In this document: positions 53,401 through 62,193 of the stretch, piece by piece | Layout of the letters: each line of letters starts with the position of its first letter | Numbering within the stretch: position 1 is the stretch's first letter | DNA from: Yuukianura sp. NJ FZ-2021 | Taxonomy: Eukaryota | Reading direction: 5' to 3' | Length of the DNA stretch: 64,000 nt | Assembly: GCA_046563655.1 (NCBI GenBank) | Contig: CM102285.1 | Span: 14,756,001 to 14,820,000 of the forward strand | Translations under genes and position numbers: made by a program | The notes under the pieces: model-generated | What the model was told of the DNA's origin: nothing | Databases searched by the model: none | The model's input: only the letters and a program-made list of their open reading frames with translations

Positions 53401-56400
53401 ACAGAGTTCGAGTGACCGTGACGATGACGAGATAAGTGAGGGTGACCCGAGTGAGAGCAAAAGTAGGGATGAGCTGGACAGTAGAGATGAGGAAGGTCAG
53501 GACCTGCAGGTTGACCTGCAGGTCACGGAGCAGCAGGTCACTGAAGATGAGGCTGGAAGTATCGAAGAAGCGATTCCAACAGATACTTTTGACCTGTCTG
53601 AACTCAAACCACCGCCGGCATTTGACGAAGATGCTGCCAGTACTTCTCCAGACCAACACCCAAGATTGGCTCCGAGTAGATCCGAAGATCTGGAGGATAA
53701 GAAATCGAAGTTTTTGGAGCTGGCCCAAGCGATGGGGCAGCGAGTGGAGTTTATGGTGGGGAATAAGAAGCTGGAATCGCTGGACAAAATCGCTGGAATT
53801 GCTCAGACGACTGATGAAGAATGTGAAGATGAGGATACTGTGAGTGCTCGTTCCAGCTCCCTTGACCCACCGTATTCGTCTCCACCGCATCTCGAACACA
53901 TTCCGGAAGCAGTATCTGACGAAGAGGGTGAAGACTTGGTCCGCTCACCTTCTCCTCCACCACTTCCGCTTCATCATCACCAAACCTGGGAAAAGTAAGA
54001 AATTTTTTAATCTATTTATGTATTGAATGTATTTTACTTATGTTATTCTATGTATTTTACCAATATTCAAATATTCTCCCTTCCCGCTCCAAAAAAAAAA
54101 ATTTTTTTCTGAGGGAAACGATTGGAAATGGGTTCAAACGTCAAAAAAAGTGACTTGGAAAAATTTCGACCTAAAAAATTTGTGTTCTCAAATTTTGACC
54201 TAACAAAAAAATTTTTTACTGGATCCGAAGATAGTAGGTGCAGTGCAGTCTCAAAGTTTCAAAAAAAAATTTTCTTCTTTGCCTCAATCCTCGTTTTATA
54301 GTGTATAACAATACGTTTTAAGTGGGTTTAGGCAAAAAAATTGAAATTTTGAAGCGAAGGGGTGACCCTTGTTCAACTCCTTCAAGGGGAGGGGGCACTT
54401 CTTACCAAAAAAAAATTGTGGAAACGTTCGGAAGTGGCCTAAAACGTCGTAAAATGTAAAGAGGAAAAAAAGGAAGTGTGAAGAAAAAAAAATTTTTGAA
54501 AAAGATCAAAAAAAGTTTCTTTTCGGGACGCGGAAAAATTAGGGTAGTTTCAGTGTCAAAAAATTTTCTTTGATAAAGCAATGTTTTTTTTCTTTGTTTT
54601 CTAGGTCTGACCATCACTCTTCCCTCCCAAAGCCGCACACGATTGTGGAAGAACCAGAAGAGGAGGGGGAAGGTCAAGGTCACCAATCGTCGTACTTGGG
54701 AAGTTCAAATTTTGCCGGTCTGGCAACAATCATGAGCACTCCACTTCCAGCTCCACCAATACTTTTCCGTAACTCCGCAGCACAGTTGCCAATCATCGAA
54801 GAAGAAGCCACTCCACCTCCAGTTGTCAACCGGAAGTCCTCCACAGCCAGTTTGGACAATTTGCCCCTCCCCCCAACTCCTCCCTACTACGAACCAGACA
54901 GTGACACTGCTTTTGAATGTGACACGCCCCGATACCCTCCGCCCCCTGAAGCCGGAATGCGCAAATTCAGTTTCGGTTCGATCGAAAAACGAGCCGGATT
55001 CCAACGGGTTTTCAGCATCGATGAAGGCGGAATTGAGCCTCCGGAAGAACCGGTTCGGAGTCGCAGTTCCAGTACTACCGGTGATACTGTCGACGAAGCT
55101 GAAGGACCGATGACAAGAAACCGAAATCGAACCGAAACGGAAACGGAACCGGTCGTTATGACAACAATCGGAGGGAGAGCTGAGATCACGTCGATTCCGG
55201 AAGCAGACGATGAGGAATCCGATAAAAAACCGGCATCGCAGTATCCCAGTATCGAAATTGAATCTCCGCCGCCGAATGCTCCGCAACGTCACTCCAGTCT
55301 CGATGACAACAGCACTTCCGACCCAAATTCAAGTCCTCCAGAACAGATTCTGTACATACCGAACTTGAGACCGACGACACTGTCTCGGATTTCGGAACAA
55401 ACGACATCCGAAACTTCTGATTCTTCGACAGAATTTATCAACCAAATCGAATCTAACTTGATTTTGAACAAACTAAGGTTGATTGATGCAAGTGAAGTGA
55501 GTTCAAACAAGGTTGCTCCACTTGTAACGCTGACGAGCGAACTCTGCGATTCGTCTGCAACGTTGAACGACCTTGACGAAATCCAGGAAGAAGAGGACGA
55601 CGGAAGTGGCAGCAGCGGCATTGTCAAGTCAGTTCTTAACCTCAATGTCATCGGGGGTCGAATCGTACTATAAAAATTGACCTTTGACCTTGACCTTTGA
55701 CCTTTGGACAAAATGACTAAACTTGAGAGACTAATTTTTGTGTAGAGTTTTTTCCGGATATTTTTGACTGGTGGGTCCGCAGTCACTCACAAGCACCAGA
55801 GCTAATAACGTCAATAGTTGCGTCGAATCTTACTGTTGCCACTTAAGTGTGGCAACCGATTTTTACTGTTGCCACTTAGTCCTGGCAACCGTTTCTTACT
55901 GTTGTCGCTAGTAGTGACGGATTCTTTTGTCGCTAATGGTGAAGCATTCTTACTGTTGTCACTTTTAGTGGTGACGTATTCTTACTGTTGTCGCTGGTGG
56001 TGACGAATTCTTACTGTTGCCACCTAAGTATGGCAACCGAGTTTTAGTGTTGTGGGCTAGTCGTGACTGATTCTGATACTGTTGTCTCTCTCTCTTGAAT
56101 GGTCTGTTTGTGTACAGTTAACTTCTACTATGTGACTGCTGGTACTTCCACCCCTCTCTGGCACACTCAGAGGCAGGCTCACTATAGAAATTATTACATT
56201 TAACTGGACATGGCCACTTGAGGTCATAGGTAAAACGATTCAGTATTTGACCGTGCCAAAAACAGGACTTTTTCCAAAGTGTCTCAATTAAAAGTCTTCT
56301 CTCCCTTTTCTTTCTGCTGCCAATTTCATTTTCACTTTATTAAAAATACTGCAACTTCCGGGGTTTGGTAAGATTAAATATCTTAAAACTAAATTTCAAC

Positions 56401-58324
56401 AAATTGGTTTGAACTTTTGTCACCTTGGTTTGCTAACTTACCCGCATGACATGACTCACAAGGTCACCAGATGACCTGTGGTCACCCTTGACCTTCAAAG
56501 TTTTAACTTTTTGTTATGTTTTGTAAATATTTTGATTTTGAAAATTCAATTTTGTATTTTTAAGATGTGGATTTTAGATTTTGATTGAATTCTAAAATTT
56601 TGTGTTTTTTTTTCAGACCCCGATTGGTTTTTCTATCTTCTGCGAGAACTGCTGAACACACAGCGGAATTTGGTCAATCAGTTGACCAATGGCGGAGATC
56701 CGGCCATTCTTGGACTGAGTGCGCAACTCCTCAAACAGCTTGAAACCAATCTGGAGTCCATTCCGAGACAGATCTGGGAGGTGACGAATGGAACGAACCT
56801 AGTCAGACTTGTGCTCAAGTTCTTCCAGACGCATGCGCACACCTACCTCCAAGCACTCCAAAAAGTAGTGGTGGATTCGTCCAGGATGGAGGCCACCTAC
56901 TCACAACTCACCTTGGTCCACTACCTCATCTACCTCCACACGCAGTTCTGCCGAATCGCAGCCACCTACGGGGCTGTTGGCCCCACCAGTCCCACCACCC
57001 ACAGGGCTCTTTGCCCCACCAGTCCCACCACTCTCCTTAGTTTAGTCCACCAGTTGTCCAATGTCCTGAGTCCTTTGAGTCAAACTGCGTCTGATCTCAC
57101 TGGAGTCCTGGAGAATCAATTGAAACTGGCTGAAGTGAGGAACGAAGTGAACGACATTCCGATGGAAGCTGAATTGGGAGATTTGATTCGCTTTGGAGTC
57201 CTCCAAAAGTTCAACTCCAAACTGGGCATGGAGAATCGCATGTTTGTTCTCGTAAGACGAAACTAAAAATTTTCAAATTTTTGAAATTATGATTTTTTTT
57301 TGAAATTTTGTGATTTAGACAAGGAACTACTTGTTGTATGGAAGTCGTGTGTCCTCTGCCATTGGATTTCGTCTCCACGGTTTTCTGCATCTTCTAACTC
57401 TCAAACTGGAGTCATCGCATCAGACTGATCTGCCGAATTCCTTCAGTGTCAACGCCAGCGGCAAAATTCTACTACTCTCTGCCTTCACACAGCAAGTTAG
57501 AATAAATATATTTTTTATAATTAATTAAACTAAATATAATTTAATAATTTATTTAAACCTGACTTTTGCTTTTTTAGTCGAGGGATAGTTGGGTGCGTGA
57601 GTTGGATTTGGGAATTCGACATGCAGAGCCTTTGTGTTCTTCTGCCACTTCGACTCAAAATGGCTCAGTTCCAAGCAGTTTGAACGAAATTGGAGCCAAA
57701 CCGTTGACCAATTGGAGACTGAACAACATGCTGCATGTCTGTTGGCACAGGAATCTCTCCATCTCACTCACTCAAATATCAGAAGTCACAAAGGTAAAAA
57801 AAAAACTAAAAAGTTAACTAAAAAACTATTTTTAACATATAGTTTTTGAATTTTTTTAAGAATTTGTTTTATGTTTTTATTCTTTTCGTTTTTTTTTAGT
57901 TTACAATCGCTGGCTATCTGCTCAGAAAGTTTAAAAACTCGGCAGGATGGCAAAAACTTTTCGTTGCCTTCAATCACGTTTGTTTGTTTTTCTACAAATC
58001 ACATGAGGTGAATTCCGAAAATGAAATATTTTCATTAATTTTGGGACTTTGGACAATTTTCAACTGATTTTTAATCCTTGAAATTTTTGGATTGATTCTG
58101 GACAATTTGTGATTGGTTTTGAATGTTTGCAGGACAAAACTCCTCTGGCGACTCTTCCAATTCTGGGCTACAAAGTTGATGTTCCAGCAGAAGATGAAGG
58201 AATTGGGAAAGACTTTGTGTTCAAAATTACTTTTAAAAATCACATCTACTACTTCCGAACAGAGTCTCCTTTTACTTTTAAGCGATGGATCTACGTTCTG
58301 TCCCATGCAACTAACATCACGTGA
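50500..58324 (+). CDS. Cdep: FERM, RhoGEF(DH)-like and tandem PH domain protein (FARP/Cdep)
   Basis: [19 protein letters not shown] and [25 protein letters not shown] region [17 protein letters not shown]-type [13 protein letters not shown]2 [19 protein letters not shown]...[12 protein letters not shown]. Confidence 0.92.
55826..56086. repeat. Minisatellite of ~8-9 units (25-33 bp), each with an internal inverted repeat
   Basis: ATTCTTACTGTTG-core units containing TTGCCA...TGGCAA or GTC(A/G)C...GTGAC. Confidence 0.85.
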
Positions 58325-58580
58325 CCTTGACCTACAAACTCCCTTGACCTCTGACCCTAACGGCAGCACCAAGCTTTAACCTCATCCCACCTCATTAACT
58401 TATTCTCCCCAACTTCCAAACTGTTTTATGTTGTGAATAAAGTTTATTAAAAAAGAAACCTATTTTATAATAGTATTCACGTCTGTCTGTCTGTCTGTCT
58501 GTCACGCAATTATCTCGGAATCTACTTTTTTTCAATGTTTAGATTCCAGTGGAAAAAAGTACTCTTGACTCCTAAGATCC

Positions 58581-59476
58581 TCAGCAGTTCTAAATGTAAC
58601 AGTTTAGATTAGTTAGGTCAAAGGTCAACTAGAGGTCAAAGGTCAAGTTGACCTTAACTTAGGATTTTTGAGTAGCATTACCTCTAGGAATGTCATATGG
58701 ACGCACATGACGAGAGGCATCAAACTGGAGCATGTCCCATCGTCACCCGTCATCTTGATTCCTTCGCCTAAATGTCAAGGTCATTCCAGAAAGGTCAAGG
58801 TCATTTTTTCAAAAACATGGAGTGTTAGACTCACTTTCTTCGTCGAAGCATTTGAGCAGTCCTTCCTTGATAGCGGCCTTTACCTTGTCTGGAATGGCGA
58901 CATTCAGCATTCCATCCACTTTGTCTTTGTGGATCACCGCCTTGGTATCGATCTAAAGTTAAAAGGTCAAAGTTCAAACAGCGATTTTACTCTCTTTTTC
59001 TTTTAGTTTTAACTCTCAATTTTAACTTACGATCCCTTTCTTCTCCATTGTACATTTGAAGAAACACTGGAAAATACAAACAGAAAAGATAGAGAAATGT
59101 CACTTTTTCATGTCATTTCAAGGCGACATTGGGTGACATTTCTTACTGCTCCGTTGTCAATGCCCAGGTCATGCATCGTAGCAGCCCCAACCACCTTCAG
59201 ACATTCTTCCAATTCGTTGAGATCTTTCTCCGAAAAGTCAACCTGTTTCCCCCCACATTTCCCTACGTGCGAACCAACAACCTAAAACACACCAACTTCA
59301 GTTAGAATTTTTTAAAAAACTTTTAAGTAAAAAGTTTTTTTTTACTTAAAAAGTTCCTTTTTAGTTAACACTTTTTCTTTAGTTAGTTTCGAACTTCTTA
59401 AAAGTTCACTTGCCCTTGTTGGATGGAAATAAAGGAGGGTGAGGGAAAGTGCTGACAGGAATCGAACTGGAAGCAT
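58581..59476 (-). CDS. Small secreted odorant-binding-protein-like protein with 8 Cys (6 exons; first intron GC-AG)
   Basis: Signal peptide MLPVRFLSALSLTLLYFHPTRVVG. The spliced Cys spacing C-X18-C-X3-C-X41-C-X16-C-X8-C resembles the hexapod OBP pattern, with extra N- and C-terminal Cys. Confidence 0.7.
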
Positions 59477-59836
59477 CGATACTTCTTTAAGATGATTTGA
59501 TGCTGGATGAACTGATGATGCTGGATGATCTGAAAACTGAAGATCTGAATAGTATTTTTTTAACTTTTTAAAGGCAGTTTTATTGTTTTAGTGTCTGGTT
59601 TTATTCATTCTGACTTTTAAGTTTTGATTGTATAATTAACACCTCTGTGAGAAAATAATTGGAGAAATGACAATGGAAAAGTGAGTGAAGGCGCTTTGAT
59701 TTTAATTGAACCACGAGTGTGGACAATGGCTGGAAAATGGGCATTGGACATACTTAATTGGCCTAACCTTGGTCCAGAGTGTTGAATTGTGTTAGTTAAA
59801 CCTTGGTCCAGAGTGTTATGTTAGTTAATTGTAACT

Positions 59837-60451
59837 TTAGTTAAAGTTAATGACATTCACATTCCAGGATTGCAGAACAAAGGTGAGGAGGAGGAGCCAG
59901 GCGAGTGTGGTTGCGTGGGAAGAGCGACAGAGAAGTGGGTTTGGAGCACCGTAGAGGCACTTGACGAAAGAAGAGATTGTGCTGGTGGAGCAGCGATTCT
60001 TGCCAGCGCTGCAGCAGCGATCGAGGAACTTGGCCAGCGCAGTTGTTTGCTGGAAGTGCCTGGAGTGGCGGCGTGGGTGGAAGCGTTCTTTGTTGAGGTC
60101 ATTGACCTCGTGCGGGGTCATGCCGGCTTTGTGAAATGCATGGCACAGTTGCATGATGGCTACTTTGTCCATGGCTTCTTGGCGCATGCCAGATGAATCT
60201 CCAAGTTCGTCGTAAAAACGCCACATTCTGTCGGGCAAGTACTTGGGCAAGTCTGGATCCAAAGTTGTCGCTTCAGAAGTCGTGGCAGGAGTTGTCACCG
60301 TTGGAGATGTCGTATTGCTGGTGACGGCGACAATTGTCGTAGTGTCATTGACGACATTTTGTCCTGAAGTGACTGCCAGTAGTAACCAAAATACTGTCAA
60401 ACTTGCCCAGCACATTTTCAAGTTCCAGTGACTACCAATTATTCGCATCAT
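59837..60451 (-). CDS. Single-exon secreted, probably GPI-anchored protein with a Thr-rich region and an insulin-like Cys motif
   Basis: Hydrophobic signal ASLTVFWLLLAVTSG, a Thr-rich stretch with N-X-T sequons, LDRCCSAGKNRCSTSTISSFVKC, and a C-terminal hydrophobic tail TLAWLLLLTFVL after SS. Confidence 0.7.
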   Translation of the reverse strand: MMRIIGSHWNLKMCWASLTVFWLLLAVTSGQNVVNDTTTIVAVTSNTTSPTVTTPATTSEATTLDPDLPKYLPDRMWRFYDELGDSSGMRQEAMDKVAIMQLCHAFHKAGMTPHEVNDLNKERFHPRRHSRHFQQTTALAKFLDRCCSAGKNRCSTSTISSFVKCLYGAPNPLLCRSSHATTLAWLLLLTFVLQSWNVNVINFN

Positions 60452-62193
60452 AGCGGGTGACGCGGTCAAAAAAAATTTGCGATGCAGGTTACACGGTCAA
60501 AAAATTTCAAAAAGTCAAAAAGTTTTTTACGGCCAAAAAATTTCTGCAGGGTTCGAAAAAAAATTTTGCAAGGGGACGGGTGACATTTAAAAAAAAATGT
60601 TTTTTCGAAAGTGAGAATCTGGAGAAAATGCGTGTAAAGCTCGTACTCCGTGATCCTTTTTTGGTCGCCATGTCATATCTTTTTTTTTTTTTTGAAAATT
60701 TTTGGAAATAAAATTTTTTTGTAAAAATTTTTTGGAAATAAAATTGAAAAATGGAGCACTGGATGCCGTTAGTTTTTGAGTTTTGGGTTGGATGTGTGAG
60801 AATTTGATTGAGGATTGACCTGGGGGATGGAGGAAAGAGAGCCACTTCCTGCCTATGTCCTGTTACTAAACTAATCACTCATCTAAACTCCAACTTTGTG
60901 AGAAAATATTCAAAAGTCATTCAAAACTACTTTTTAACAACAAATCTGAGATTTTGGACTTGGAGGAAGTAACTATCCCAAGATCCTTGTAGTGGAGGTG
61001 GCAATGACCTTTGACCTCTGCCTGGGAAAGTGGAGTTATTTGACCCAAACTCTTCTTGGGAAATGGTAATTAATTGGCCACAAAAAGACTCATCCACCCC
61101 ACAACTAATTAACCAAGACTTAATTAAAACATTCAAAATTTTCTCACCAATTTTCACTTCAACTTTTTTGTGCAAAAAAAAATTTTTTTATGAAAAACGG
61201 AACCAGGAAATTCCTCCGCCCAAAACCAAAAACCTGGGAGTCAAAGTAGTACTTATAGACTTGTAGATTTACAAAATTTCGTAATAATTTTGGATTTTAG
61301 TTTAGTTTAGTTTAAAAAAAATTTTTTTTTTTAATTTAAAATTTAAAATTCAAAAAAAGTTTTCCCTAAGTTTTCATGAACAGAGCAGATGGAGTAGGAG
61401 AACTTCCGGTTTATTCATCATAATTTCGAAAATTCTCAAATTTTGAAACCGGTGTCAAGAACTACCTCAGTACTTTTTGAAGCATTGTATGAAATTTTTG
61501 CAAATTTCAAAATTATGAAATTTGAAACTGAAAAATTTTGCAAATTTTTTGTTGGTTGAGTTGTAAGGTTGTTAATTGTTGTGATACTTTGTGTTTAGCG
61601 TTGATTAATGAATGGGTGTGAATGAAGTGAAGCGTGGATTACTTTTCCTATGTGAACCAACTTTAAGATTTTTGCAAATCTGGGAAATTTTGCAACTGTG
61701 ATACTTTTCTCGGGGGTGGGGGTGGGTTTTGAGCCAAGAGGGGAGGGGGTGGCTTTTGAGTAAATAGGTGGGGGGGTTCTTTTGAGGGGGGGGGGTGATG
61801 AAGACGATAGAACAATGTCCACTTAAGACCATGGCTTCATTTGGTCACTTCCTTCCGGAAGTGGACGTGGGAAGGGAATGACACCCTCCGCGAAGTTAAT
61901 TGACTCAAAGTAAAAACACCGAATCAGACACCCACCACTCTTCAGTTCCAATTGTTCCGTCGGTGCTTTCGGGTTTACAACTGGGACGTTAATCCTCAAT
62001 CCTCAAAATAAAAAATCCTCCAATTTTCAAAAATCCTCAAAATCCCATAAAAACTTTTTGAAAAACGATTCCAGAATCCTTGGATTCTGCAGAGACAAAT
62101 AAAATATTTGTGGCGTGTTTTGTGTTTGTGGTGAAAGGAAAAGAAAGTTTTTGTGCTTCTATTTATTTGTAGAATAGCAAAATTCTAAGGGAA

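Noticed and set aside
54080..54570. Probable transposon remnant in a FARP intron (similar A/T-tract style at ~60470-60750)
   Set aside because: I could not define terminal repeats or a target-site duplication by eye.
55826..56086. CRISPR-like look of the palindromic ~30-bp repeats
   Set aside because: The units are contiguous and degenerate with no unique spacers, there are no cas genes, and the context is eukaryotic.
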